Origin: a virus
Lineage: Duplodnaviria > Caudoviricetes
DNA length: 64,000 nt
Direction: 5' to 3' (one strand)
IMG/VR virus record: IMGVR_UViG_3300044840_000020
Coordinates: 5,929 to 69,928 of that record
The notes under the pieces are model-generated. The model did no database searches and was not told where the DNA came from. It saw nothing but the letters and a program-made list of their open reading frames with translations. Positions 26,586 to 36,488 of the stretch are shown here, one piece after another. The position numbers and the translations under genes were made by a program. Each line of letters begins with the position of its first letter. The stretch's first letter is position 1.

Positions 26586-28781
26586 ATGACGCTTCCGGAG
26601 AACATCGCGAACTCGGCTACGCCCGGGAGTGTTGTTGCGATCTCGTCGCTTGCGTCGGGGATTGTTACGACGCCTGCGTCGGGGACGGTTGAGACGTGGA
26701 CGTTTACGTCGTCGCCTCCTGCGACGCTTGGGATTGCTGGCCAGTTTCGGTTTGTTGTAGACGCGGAGGTTTTGCTTGATACGACTGGTGGGGCGGGTTC
26801 GACGCGGACGGTCGTTCGGGGCCAAGAGGGTTCGACGCCTGCGCTTCACGCGGCGGGTGCGAGTGTTCTTCATTATTTAACTGCGGGGGCGTTGAGGGCG
26901 GCGTTCGCGACGGTCGGGACGGGTGGGACAGTTGGCGGTTCGGGCGGTAGTCCTCTAGCGAGTTCGGTGGTAAGCGGGGCATCATCGGGAGGCGCGATCC
27001 CGTGGGCGGCCGGTGTCCAGCAGACCGCGAACGTGATCTACTCGAACGCCGGGTCGTTGTATCTGTGCAGCGTCACGCACATGTCGGCGGGGACGTTCGC
27101 GGCGGACGCAGCCAACTTCCAGGCGATGGGCGGCTTGGGCACGGCGGTAAACGGTGGCGCGTCCGGGCCGCCCGCGTGGTCCGCTTCGACCGCCTACGCG
27201 GTGAACCAGCTCGCGACCTACAACGGGATCACGTTCCTCTGCACCACGGCTCACACGTCCGGGACGACGTTCATCGCGACGAACTGGCTGCGGCTCGGGA
27301 CCTCGCCGCATCTCCCGTTCCTCGGGCTGCCGCTCCTGCCCGTGTCGGATCGTTTCGGCATGTGCGGGGCGTCTAGCAGCGACTCGACGGATACGGCGTG
27401 CGACTCGATCACCCGCTGGCCGTTGCGCCGCGACGCGACCACAGTGACGGTCATCGTCGCGAACTGGCCGAGTTACGGGGCCGCTACCCCCACGAGCCAG
27501 GTTACCTACACGGCTGCCGTGCAGGATTCCGCGGGCAACAAGATCCCCGTGTTCTTCAACGGGCTACGCGCCGTCACCGTCGACGGTGACGGCTTCGCGG
27601 TCGGAGTCGCAACAGGCGTTGACGGTCTCGTGACCAACGGCTTCATCTACGTGCGTCTCCATGCGACTGTGACGACGGTCGGGAATGTCCTTTATGAGAA
27701 CTATGCGACCGACGCTGGGCTCAACGAGGGTCGCGTCTTCAACTCGGGCAGCGACCTGACACTGTCGGGTACGATCACCGTGAACTCGGGGTTCTGTGTC
27801 GCGCCGCTGACCGTTCTCTCACCCGCCGTCGCGACCGACCTTCAGGTGCTCGGCGCGGTAGGCGACTCGATCGTCGCGGACACTCACGGCGATGTCTTCG
27901 GGTCAACCACGGCCATCGTGACGTTCTCGTTTGGCTGGCCGCGTCGCTTCGCGATCCGCGCCAACCGGCCGTTCGTGAATTGCGGCCTCTCGGGCGAAAC
28001 CGCGCAGGTGTTCGCGGCCGGACCTACAAGCAGCGGCATCTACCGGCGATTCGCGCTTCTCGCTGGCTGCTCGCAGATCGTCGCGAACCACGGCATCAAC
28101 GACCTCAACACTGGTCGGACCCTCGTCCAGTTGCAGGCGAATGTCCTCACGATCGCCGGCTTCTTCCCGAAGTCGAAGGTGTGGTGGGGAACCATCACTC
28201 CGTATGCCGATTCGACGGACGCGTACGCCACCCTCGCTAACCAGACCCATCATTTCACCGTCACGGTGGAGGGGTACCGCACCACGTTCAACGACTGGCT
28301 GCGCGCGGGCGCACCGATCGATCCGACGACGAAGGTCGCAGTCGCCGTTGGAACTGGTGGGGCGCTGCTCGCGGGCCAGGCAGGACATCCCCTCGCCGGA
28401 TACGTCGAGATTACTGACCAGGTGGAGACGGCGCGCAACAGCGGCTTCTGGGTGTCCAACGGCCGGTCGGTCACCGATGCCGCGATGGCCTCCACATCTT
28501 CCGGCATAGTCACGAGCGCAACCGCAGCGTTTAGCGCCGGGGACGTCGGCAAGCGCGCCTATGTCGCTGGAGCTGTCGTGACGAGCGCGAACGGGCCGCC
28601 CCCGACGATCCTCTCGGTGCAGTCAGCCACCCAGGCGACGCTTTCGGCCAACGCAACCGGAATTGTGTCCGGGGCGGCAATGGGCATCGGCGCGTACGCG
28701 TACACGCTCGACGGACTGCACCCCTACATCGAAGCGGTCGCCGCTATCGCCGCTGCAATCCCCACCGGCGCGCTGCTCTGA
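26586..28781 (+). CDS. Fibre/spike protein with CBM5/12-like repeats and SGNH/GDSL hydrolase domain
   Basis: PAWSASTAYAVNQLATYNG...LCTTAHTS; blocks GDSI, NCGLSG, GINDL, DGLHP. Confidence 0.75.
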   Translation: MTLPENIANSATPGSVVAISSLASGIVTTPASGTVETWTFTSSPPATLGIAGQFRFVVDAEVLLDTTGGAGSTRTVVRGQEGSTPALHAAGASVLHYLTAGALRAAFATVGTGGTVGGSGGSPLASSVVSGASSGGAIPWAAGVQQTANVIYSNAGSLYLCSVTHMSAGTFAADAANFQAMGGLGTAVNGGASGPPAWSASTAYAVNQLATYNGITFLCTTAHTSGTTFIATNWLRLGTSPHLPFLGLPLLPVSDRFGMCGASSSDSTDTACDSITRWPLRRDATTVTVIVANWPSYGAATPTSQVTYTAAVQDSAGNKIPVFFNGLRAVTVDGDGFAVGVATGVDGLVTNGFIYVRLHATVTTVGNVLYENYATDAGLNEGRVFNSGSDLTLSGTITVNSGFCVAPLTVLSPAVATDLQVLGAVGDSIVADTHGDVFGSTTAIVTFSFGWPRRFAIRANRPFVNCGLSGETAQVFAAGPTSSGIYRRFALLAGCSQIVANHGINDLNTGRTLVQLQANVLTIAGFFPKSKVWWGTITPYADSTDAYATLANQTHHFTVTVEGYRTTFNDWLRAGAPIDPTTKVAVAVGTGGALLAGQAGHPLAGYVEITDQVETARNSGFWVSNGRSVTDAAMASTSSGIVTSATAAFSAGDVGKRAYVAGAVVTSANGPPPTILSVQSATQATLSANATGIVSGAAMGIGAYAYTLDGLHPYIEAVAAIAAAIPTGALL

Positions 28782-28905
28782 GCCAAGCCCCGCTTTGCGT
28801 GATTTGCGGGTAACGGCCTCGCGCTAAGGTTTACGCTCCAAATTAAGGTGGCCCCCGGCGACGCGCCAACGTCCCGAGGGCCTAACCCAAGGAGCGGAAT
28901 CCTCC

Positions 28906-29613
28906 ATGAGTACTGTTCAGCCTATACGGCTTTCTACGCAGTCGTCCCCGAAACTCGCGCTGGTTCCTAAGCCGCCGTGTCGTACTAATCGGGGGCGTAA
29001 GTTCCCGCCCGATCCCCTGACGACGGAGGAGATAGTTCGACTTCTTGGGGCGTGCATTCCGACGCGTTCGGGACCGTTCTGGGAACTTTCGGCCGCGCGT
29101 CTACGGGCGATTATCGTCTTACTGTGGCGTACTGGTTTGCGGATCTCCGAGGCGTTGGCGTTGGAGGATCGTGATCTTCATCGCGCTGATCGGATGATCG
29201 TAGTTAGGCGCGGGAAGGGCGGGAATCGTCGCCTGGTGATGATGGATGAGTGGGGTTGGAAGCAGTTTGATTCCTGGCTAGCGATTCGTCGTGATCTTCC
29301 GCTTGGCCCTGTGTTCTGCGTACTACAGGGTGACGCGGCGGGTCAGTCCTGGGCAGACTGTGATGTTCGTCGCCAGTTCCGTGATGCGGGGCGACGTGCG
29401 GGTCTTCGTAAGCGCGTTCATCCCCATGTGATGAGGCATACTCACGCGATTGATCTTCGTCGTGACGGCTTGGATCTCCTAACGATCTAGAAGCAGCTCG
29501 GGCACGCCCACATGGGAATCACTCAGATATACCTTGACTCGATTGTGGTTGAGGAGGCGCTCGCTCCGATCGGGGCGCGTAAGCCCCCGATGATGCAGGT
29601 CCCCGACGTGTAA
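28906..29613 (+). pseudogene. Tyrosine recombinase interrupted by in-frame TAG (29488-29490)
   Basis: LWRTGLRISEAL, RRGKGG, HPHVMRH; after TAG the frame continues KQLGH..MGITQIYL to TAA 29611-29613. Confidence 0.85.
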
Positions 29614-29629
29614 AGAGGGAGGTTCTGGG

Positions 29630-30250
29630 ATGCCAGATAATGTTGGGGTTCCAGGTGGTTCGGCGGGGCCTGTAGCGACGGATTTCAATACTTCCTCTAG
29701 CGAGCATTATCAGATCATCAAGGTGGGTTACGGGGCGCGTGACGCGAACGCATTAACGGTCGTGGATCCGACGCATCAGTTTCCTGTTCAGAACACTCCG
29801 ATTGGGGCTACGGCTCCTGCGGATGCCCTTGCTCCGTCGTCGTCGTCCGCGCCTGTTCTGTCGTTCCCCGAGTTGTGGAATGGGGCGACTACGGATAGGG
29901 CGCGGGCGAATATCACGGGAGCGTTAATCGCGGCGGGTGCGACGACGACACAGTCCGCTATTGCTCTGACGACGTATAACGCGGCGAAGCTCGTTTTGGT
30001 CGCGAACATTACGGCGGGCGCGGGGAGTATCGTCGTCGCGATCAGCGGGTCGACGTCGTCCTCGTATGCGTACTCGATCTTGACGTCCGCGTCGCTTTCG
30101 GGGAACGGGGTGACGGCCCTGCGAGTGTTTCCGGGGGCGACGCCTTCCGCGAACGCGGTCGCGAACGATGTTGTTCCTCGTAACGTTCTTGTCACGGTCA
30201 CGGTCACGGGGACGATCACGTACGGCGTTGATTACGTCCTCGTCGTCTGA
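29630..30250 (+). CDS. Virion structural protein
   Basis: Ala/Thr-rich; coupled to downstream genes. Confidence 0.55.
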   Translation: MPDNVGVPGGSAGPVATDFNTSSSEHYQIIKVGYGARDANALTVVDPTHQFPVQNTPIGATAPADALAPSSSSAPVLSFPELWNGATTDRARANITGALIAAGATTTQSAIALTTYNAAKLVLVANITAGAGSIVVAISGSTSSSYAYSILTSASLSGNGVTALRVFPGATPSANAVANDVVPRNVLVTVTVTGTITYGVDYVLVV

Positions 30251-30804
30251 TGGGGAACACGGGTACTCAGGATCAGTTCGCGTCGGGCCAGTCGCAGGTT
30301 CTGTTCTCGTCATCGGCGGTTCAGACGATCGCGGCTACGGTCGCGGAGACGTCGGTTTTCGGGGCGGGTAGCGGTTCGTTGACGCTCCCTGCGGGGTATT
30401 TGACGGTCGGGAAGATGTTGAGGTTCAGTGTTCGTGGCGTGTACTCGACGCCCGCGCTCGCGGTCGGGAACGTTTTGATCAAGGTGAAACTGGGTGGGAC
30501 GGTTCTCGCGTCTGGTACGGCGTCGGCGTTGCTTGTGTCGGCGACTAACTCGGGGTTCGTTGGTCAGGCGTTGATTACGTGTCAGTCGGCTAGTTCGTCT
30601 GGGTCGGTTGTGATTATGGGCGAGTTGTCGTACGCGGTCGGGAATAACATCGCGGCGTTGACGATGGCGATCAATAACGGGGTGACGCCTAGTACGATCA
30701 ACACGACGGGAACGCTCGCGTTCGACGCGACGGTTACGTGGAGTAATAACACGGCGGGGAACAGCCTCTCGTCGTTGAATTGTTTGCTTGAAGGTTTGAA
30801 CTGA
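30250..30804 (+). CDS. Virion structural protein
   Basis: Beta-rich Ser/Thr/Gly protein in late operon. Confidence 0.55.
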   Translation: MGNTGTQDQFASGQSQVLFSSSAVQTIAATVAETSVFGAGSGSLTLPAGYLTVGKMLRFSVRGVYSTPALAVGNVLIKVKLGGTVLASGTASALLVSATNSGFVGQALITCQSASSSGSVVIMGELSYAVGNNIAALTMAINNGVTPSTINTTGTLAFDATVTWSNNTAGNSLSSLNCLLEGLN

Positions 30805-30820
30805 TCGCGGGAGGGTAGCC

Positions 30821-31705
30821 GTGACCCTCCTACTCGTTTTTCCGGGTTTCACTCAGGTCGCGGGTTCGGGATCATCGTCCTCGGTCGGGTCTGGGTTGTT
30901 GTCCGTTTCCGTTCCGCTCGTCGGGGTAGGTCAAGCCGTTCGGGGGGAGGGTCCGCTCGGGGATCTGGTTCTCGGCGGTCCGTCGTCGGTCACGTTCCCC
31001 GCGTTGACGTCCTCGGTCGGGTCTGGGTTAGATCTGATCTTGGAGGTTCTCTCGGGTTCGGGGCTGTCCTCGTCGTCGGGTTCCGCGTCGCTCACGGTTT
31101 TGGTTCCGCTTACGGGTTCGGGTATCACCGACTCGTCGGTCCTCGGATCGCTATCGGTCGCGATCCCGTTGTCAGGAGCGGGAGTCTCGTCCTCGGTCAC
31201 GGGAGGCGTTCTAAGCGTCTCGATCCCCCTAGCAGGGGGTTCGGTTACGTTTACCCGCGGGATGGCGTCTCTGGTCGTCTCCGTCCCTCTCGCGGGGTCC
31301 GGGACGACGGACTCGTCGGTCCTCGGGTCGTTGTTCGTCGGTATTCCGCTGTCGGGGTCGGGTACGACGTCGAGTCGCGCGACGGGGTTCGTCGCGGATC
31401 AGTTCAGTGGGGCGGGTAAGGGTCGTAGTACCGCGTCGGGGACGCTCACTACCTGGGTGTATCTCCATAGCGATGATGGGTATGGTAACTCTCACGTTGG
31501 GTCGGAACTCGCTGTTTATCCGCTCGCGTCGATCCTGCTGGCGACGGTGGGTTACGTTACGCGGGGTACGACGTCGCGCGGGTCGGGACGGTTGAAGCGG
31601 CGGATCACGGGGACGATCACGGATTCGGGTCAGGTGAGCCCCACGTCGGTGTTCGGGGTCGTTGAGGATGAGGAACTAGTCGGGGAGGTTGTGGGTGTCG
31701 GCTGA
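30821..31705 (+). CDS. Low-complexity Ser/Gly/Val repeat structural protein
   Basis: Recurring S(V/I)PL(S/T/A)G(S/A)G units with two near-identical GxTDSSVLGSL blocks. Confidence 0.55.
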   Translation: MTLLLVFPGFTQVAGSGSSSSVGSGLLSVSVPLVGVGQAVRGEGPLGDLVLGGPSSVTFPALTSSVGSGLDLILEVLSGSGLSSSSGSASLTVLVPLTGSGITDSSVLGSLSVAIPLSGAGVSSSVTGGVLSVSIPLAGGSVTFTRGMASLVVSVPLAGSGTTDSSVLGSLFVGIPLSGSGTTSSRATGFVADQFSGAGKGRSTASGTLTTWVYLHSDDGYGNSHVGSELAVYPLASILLATVGYVTRGTTSRGSGRLKRRITGTITDSGQVSPTSVFGVVEDEELVGEVVGVG

Positions 31706-32654
31706 TTGGACGATTCGGCAGGGTGATCAGAACCCGATCTTTTCGGATACGTTGACGTTGTCGGACGGGAGTGTCCCGCCGCTTCAGAACGCGACCCTTT
31801 CGTTTCAGATGCGGTCTCTTACGTCCGCGCAGCCGGTGACTCTTCAGGGGGATGTGGAGATCACGGACTGGATTACGGGGGCGGTCAGGTTCTCACCCAC
31901 GGCGACCGATACGAGTAGCGCGGGCGATTACGTCATGAACTGGCTCGTACGGTTCGCGGATGGGTCCCAGATGACGTTCCCTACAGATGGGTTCATCTGG
32001 GGGCGCGTTGAGCCGACGTCTGTAACAGCTCCGAGGTTGATCGTTTCGCTCCCGAAAGTCAAGGAGCACTTGGGGATCAAGAACGTGGATCGTGGGCGGG
32101 ACGCACGCTTGTTGCGTTACGTTCAGTACGTCACGCCGTTGATCGAGGAGCGGACGGGGCCGATCATCCCACGCGTCTTTGATGAGTGGCATGATGGTGG
32201 GTCGAATCTGATCGAGTTGTATAGGCGTCCGTCGTCGGGGTTCGGTACGTCCCCGGTGATGACGTTGGTCGGCGCGTCGGAGTATCGCGGTCCGATTGAG
32301 TATCCGCTCGCGCTGGTCGCGTCTCCCGTGTTCGGGTCGATCTATTCGGTGTTTCTGAACGCTGATATGGGGACGTTGACGCGGCGTACTGCGGGGGGGG
32401 CGACGATCGCTTTCATGCCGGGACGCGAGTGCGTTCACGTGATCTATCAGTCGGGGCAGTCCCAAACGCCGGACAACGTGGAGTTCGCGGCTCTGGAGGC
32501 TGTTCGGGTTGCGTACGAGTGGCGGCAGCAGTCGGGTTCGGGTTCTCGGTCGATCGCGGATGAGCAGGAGACGGGTCCGGTGATGCAGTACGAGTTGACA
32601 AGGTTGATCAGGTCGATGCTTGGTCCGACGCGTAGGGCTCCGTCGTTCGCGTGA
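31689..32654 (+). CDS. BppU-like N-domain fused to head-tail connector (gp6-like)
   Basis: IRQGD..P...DTL...DT..AGDY..W.V.F.DG..TFP; LIVSLPKVKEHL...D..L...V...T..IE. Confidence 0.65.
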   Translation: MWVSADWTIRQGDQNPIFSDTLTLSDGSVPPLQNATLSFQMRSLTSAQPVTLQGDVEITDWITGAVRFSPTATDTSSAGDYVMNWLVRFADGSQMTFPTDGFIWGRVEPTSVTAPRLIVSLPKVKEHLGIKNVDRGRDARLLRYVQYVTPLIEERTGPIIPRVFDEWHDGGSNLIELYRRPSSGFGTSPVMTLVGASEYRGPIEYPLALVASPVFGSIYSVFLNADMGTLTRRTAGGATIAFMPGRECVHVIYQSGQSQTPDNVEFAALEAVRVAYEWRQQSGSGSRSIADEQETGPVMQYELTRLIRSMLGPTRRAPSFA

Positions 32655-33331
32655 GTGGCGTTCCTACCGATACGTTCACGACGTTCGGTCCGCTTGTCTC
32701 GAACGGGACGGTCAGGACGTCCGTGCTGTCGTTGCTTCAGGACAAGCGTGCGGGGGTCCTAAACTACTTGACCCCGGTCGCAACCATGAACGGTATTGAC
32801 CCTGGGAAGGTCGCATTACCAGACGGTCCGGCGTCGTTCCGTTCAGGGCTTGACTTCGACACGTACCAGTCGGACGTGTTCCCGCTGTGGATCGTTGTCT
32901 CAACACCGCTCGACCCACCAGAGCGGTACGGTGGCGGCGAGTACGGCGTGTGGTTCACGATCGAGGTCGCGACGCTCATCCGGATGGAGACCGAACCGGA
33001 CGCGATCGAGATGGTTGACGTTTACGGGACGGCGACGATGGGTTGTGTTCTTCAGCATGGGGGGCTTGGCGGGGTCGCGTCGAAGACGAATCTGGAGGGG
33101 TACCCGAGGGTTGAGTTCGTCTCCCTGACGGGGCCTCGGAATATGGTTCGTTCTGTCTTGACGGTTCGCGCGTACGTTCAGCCGGTGGTTGTGGAGCGGT
33201 ATGGACCGCCGATCGAGCAGACGCCGCTCGCGCCGAGTTTGTCCGTTTATCCGACCGTTTCGGAGACTGACGTAAAGATCGTTACCGAGGGTGCCCCAGT
33301 GTCGGATTCGGTCACCGTTCGTAGTACCTGA
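32651..33331 (+). CDS. Neck/tail completion protein (putative)
   Basis: Position between connector and sheath. Confidence 0.5.
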   Translation: MSGVPTDTFTTFGPLVSNGTVRTSVLSLLQDKRAGVLNYLTPVATMNGIDPGKVALPDGPASFRSGLDFDTYQSDVFPLWIVVSTPLDPPERYGGGEYGVWFTIEVATLIRMETEPDAIEMVDVYGTATMGCVLQHGGLGGVASKTNLEGYPRVEFVSLTGPRNMVRSVLTVRAYVQPVVVERYGPPIEQTPLAPSLSVYPTVSETDVKIVTEGAPVSDSVTVRST

Positions 33332-33409
33332 CGGGTCCCTTTTCTCGTCTCGCGTGTTTTCCTCTCCCGGCTCGGAAGGAGCCTCTATGTCTAACATCAA
33401 GGAGTCTCG

Positions 33410-34909
33410 ATGAGCCCTGTCGTAGGTGTTGTTGTTCAAGCGACGGAGGTTCCGGCCAACACGATCAATCAGATCTCGACCGCGACCGCGTTCATGGTTG
33501 GGTTCACGGATTCGGGGCCGGTTGGTAAACCAGTTCAGATCACGTCCTTGTCGTCGTTTGCGACGGCGTTCGGTACCCCGACTGGTTCGGGTAATCCGTA
33601 TAACTCGCGGACTACGACGTGTTCCGTTCTGTTTGACGCGGTCGATACGTTTCTGAGGGAGAGCAACGGGACGACCGTTTACGTCTCGCGTGTTACTCAT
33701 GGGACGCCGGTGGCGGCGTCGATCGCGCTTGCGCCGTCCGCAGCGCTGACGATTACGGCCGCGTTCCCAGGGGTTGGGGGTAACGGGATCTACGTTGCCG
33801 TGAATAACACTGGTGCGGCGTACGTGCTGACGTTGCAGGACAGTGCGGGGAACGTCTTGGGGGTCTCTCCGTCGCTTTCGACGCTCGCGGCGGGCGTCGC
33901 GTGGGTTCTCTCGACGGGTCTCGCTACCGCGGTCTCGTCTGGGGCGACGCTTCCGTCGACTGCGGCGGCGACCGCGATGACGGGAGGTACCGATAACCGC
34001 GGGTCGGCAACGATCACGGATTGGCAGACGGCGCTCGCGTCGTTCTCGTTGTCGCTTGGCCCGGGTCAGGTGTTGGCTCCGGGGCAGACGAACACGGGTC
34101 TGTCGGGGATCTGGTCGGCGCTTGGGATTCACGCGCAGGCTAACAATCGGGTCGCGATCTGCGACATGGATGATGGGGCGTCCGCGGCGACGGCGGTCTC
34201 GGCGATCGGTTCGTTCGGGACTTCGGCGGTCTCGGCGTTCTGTGGGTTCTGGTCGGGAAACTTGACGATCCCTGGTGTGACGGGTTCCCCTGGGACGACT
34301 CGGAGTGTTGCGCCGAGCCCGTTGATCGCGGCGTTGTGTGCGAACGTCGATGCGACGGGTAATCCGAACAGGGCGGCGGCGGGAGTGAACTTCGCGCCGA
34401 TCTACGCGAACGCATCCGCGACGCTAGTTTCGGGGACGCTCGCGACGTACAGTCTCGCGGATCTGTACACGTTGAACGGGGCTGGGATCAACACGTTCGC
34501 GTCGAAGCTTGGGATCTTCGAGAACTACGGGTTCGTTTCGTCGGTTTCACCGGCGTCGGACGGGATCTACTGGCAGTTCAATCACGCTCGGTTGTTGATG
34601 GCGTTAGAGACGGTCGCTCAGAGCGTGGGGGAGCCGTTCGTGTTCTCTCAGATCGATGGGCGCGGGTCGGACACGGCGGCGTTCGGTTCGGCTTTGTCGT
34701 CGTCGTTGAAGGTGTTTTACGACGTTGGCGCTTTGTTTGGGGCGACCGCGAACGATGCGTTTTCGGTTGATACGGGTCCGAACGTGAACACGCCCACGTC
34801 GATCGCGGCGGGCCAGTTGAAGGCGAACTGCAATGTGCGGATGTCGCCGTTCGCTCAGATGGTTACGGTTCAGCTTAACGCCGTACCGACAACGCAAATC
34901 TTGGTCTAG
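33410..34909 (+). CDS. Tail sheath protein
   Basis: TATAFMVGFTDSGPVGKPVQITSLSSF..AFG, VDTFL.E..G...YVSRV, PGQVLAPG, NRVAICD, GINTF, C-terminal SPFAQMV. Confidence 0.88.
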   Translation: MSPVVGVVVQATEVPANTINQISTATAFMVGFTDSGPVGKPVQITSLSSFATAFGTPTGSGNPYNSRTTTCSVLFDAVDTFLRESNGTTVYVSRVTHGTPVAASIALAPSAALTITAAFPGVGGNGIYVAVNNTGAAYVLTLQDSAGNVLGVSPSLSTLAAGVAWVLSTGLATAVSSGATLPSTAAATAMTGGTDNRGSATITDWQTALASFSLSLGPGQVLAPGQTNTGLSGIWSALGIHAQANNRVAICDMDDGASAATAVSAIGSFGTSAVSAFCGFWSGNLTIPGVTGSPGTTRSVAPSPLIAALCANVDATGNPNRAAAGVNFAPIYANASATLVSGTLATYSLADLYTLNGAGINTFASKLGIFENYGFVSSVSPASDGIYWQFNHARLLMALETVAQSVGEPFVFSQIDGRGSDTAAFGSALSSSLKVFYDVGALFGATANDAFSVDTGPNVNTPTSIAAGQLKANCNVRMSPFAQMVTVQLNAVPTTQILV

Positions 34910-34925
34910 AACGGAGGACAACTAG

Positions 34926-35402
34926 ATGGCGCTTTCTACCTTCCTTCGGGAAGATCAAGCAATCATTCACGCGGGTGTCGGGACCGTCAATGCTGCGGGT
35001 CAGGTCACGGCGTCTGCGGTCGCCCTCCCGGACGTTTACTCGTGGAGTTCCCTTCAGGGCGGGGACCTGGAGGCGGAGGATACGTTTACCCGTCCTGGCG
35101 GCATGTTGCCGGGAATCAATCTGGGGGGTCCGACGAAGCGGACGGATGTGACCGTGATGAGGCAGTACACGGCGGATCTGCACGCGTTTCTTGTTGATCT
35201 GGAGAACGCTTGTGGTAATACGCGGGCGTGGGCTGCGTTCACGTTGCTCGATTCGGACGGTAACAAGCAGCCTCACACGGTGACGTTGACGGGAGTGTTG
35301 AAGACGGTTCAGAAGCCGAACTTCAACTCGGAGGCTGCGGCGGCGATCTTCCTCGGACTTGTGATCGGCTGCGACACGCAGGCGATCATCTCCCCGTCAT
35401 GA
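34926..35402 (+). CDS. Tail tube protein
   Basis: 158 aa after sheath; GGDLEAE...RPGGM..LGG....DVTV.R.Y. Confidence 0.75.
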   Translation: MALSTFLREDQAIIHAGVGTVNAAGQVTASAVALPDVYSWSSLQGGDLEAEDTFTRPGGMLPGINLGGPTKRTDVTVMRQYTADLHAFLVDLENACGNTRAWAAFTLLDSDGNKQPHTVTLTGVLKTVQKPNFNSEAAAAIFLGLVIGCDTQAIISPS

Positions 35403-35887
35403 GTGCCGAGTCATTAAAGGCTGCGCTTAGGGCGAAGCGCGAGCAACTGTTCGCGGAGCGAACGTTTTACCTTCCGGTCCTAGGGTATGAGGATGATGGG
35501 CTGGTCGCGAAGTATCGTGCGTTGACGTACGAGCAGTTGCGGGATATCGGGAAGAAGAACGAGTCGTTGGGGGATACGTCTGAGGGCGAGTTGACGACGT
35601 ATGCGGACACGCTTGTGAACGCTTGTGTTGAGCTTGCGGATGGTACGGAGCGGAGCGAGAACGGTAATCCCGTGTCGCTCGGGGTGAGGTGGTCCGCGAC
35701 GGCCGCTAACGAGTTCTTCGGGGCGTCTCTACCGGAGGACGCTACGTCACGCGTCGCTATTCGTGCGGTCCTTCCGGGGAACCAGTTGGCGTTGCATTTC
35801 GCGGCGTACGATGTTGAACTTTCGAAGGTCGCTCCGAAGATCGCCTCTCAGATGGTGGGGGAACCCGAGCCGCCGGTGGGCGGCTGA
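35399..35887 (+). CDS. Tail assembly chaperone G (with -1 frameshift product GT extending to 36033)
   Basis: Position before tape measure; G GGG GAA at 35857-35863; -1 frame open to TAG 36031-36033. Confidence 0.75.
   Translation: MSAESLKAALRAKREQLFAERTFYLPVLGYEDDGLVAKYRALTYEQLRDIGKKNESLGDTSEGELTTYADTLVNACVELADGTERSENGNPVSLGVRWSATAANEFFGASLPEDATSRVAIRAVLPGNQLALHFAAYDVELSKVAPKIASQMVGEPEPPVGG
35857..35863 (+). other. Programmed -1 ribosomal frameshift site GGGGGAA
   Basis: Correct codon phase (G|GGG|GAA); -1 frame encodes ...RLIELGAHAAL...EIHEEAKRG. Confidence 0.7.
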
Positions 35888-36025
35888 TCGAACTCGGCGC
35901 TCACGCGGCGCTCGCGAGGGCGGGCGTGTCGTTGCGGGAGTTGTATGAGGCGGATGACCCGGATTTGCTCGCGTTCGTTGATCTTGTTGTTGGGCGGGTC
36001 GCGGAGATTCACGAGGAGGCTAAGC

Positions 36026-36487
36026 GTGGCTAGGGACGAACTGTACGAGTTCGACGGGTCAAGCCTGGAGAACCTTGCGCGTGATCTTCGGCGGGCGTCC
36101 CGCGACTTTAGACGGGAGGTTGACGTAACTCTCGTTGAGATCGGGACGGAGATTACGGCGGAGGCGAAGACGGTCGCGTCGAGGTACTCGAAGACGGTCG
36201 CGGGTACGATCAAGATGAGGCCGCTACCGGGTATGGTGATCATCTCGGTCGGGTCGGCGGACTCTCCGATCGGCGCGATCTGGGAATTGGGGAACAAGGG
36301 GTCGAAGGCGGTCTCCACGACGTTCAAGCACCCCGTTTTTGGGAATCGAAGCGTCTGGGTTGAGCAGGCGCGTCACCCGGTCTTGAAGATCGCGCTCGCG
36401 GCGGATCGCCGGCAGATTACGAAGCGGATGGAAGCGACGTGGGATCGTGCGCTCGGACCGTACCGCCTAAGGCCAACGGGAGTTTGA
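36026..36487 (+). CDS. HK97 gp10-like tail completion protein
   Basis: GTG 36026; FKHPVFGNRSVWVEQ pattern. Confidence 0.55.
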   Translation: MARDELYEFDGSSLENLARDLRRASRDFRREVDVTLVEIGTEITAEAKTVASRYSKTVAGTIKMRPLPGMVIISVGSADSPIGAIWELGNKGSKAVSTTFKHPVFGNRSVWVEQARHPVLKIALAADRRQITKRMEATWDRALGPYRLRPTGV

Positions 36488-36488
36488 T

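Noticed and set aside
29488-29490. Genome-wide TAG recoding (alternative genetic code)
   Set aside because: Many well-bounded genes end in TAG with the next gene starting immediately (e.g. 6568, 19171, 34909, 44581).
30821-31705. Duplicated ACGGACTCGTCGGTCCTCGG-type blocks (~31125, ~31305) as DGR template/variable repeats
   Set aside because: Short in-frame protein repeats without A-specific mismatches; no reverse transcriptase in the window.
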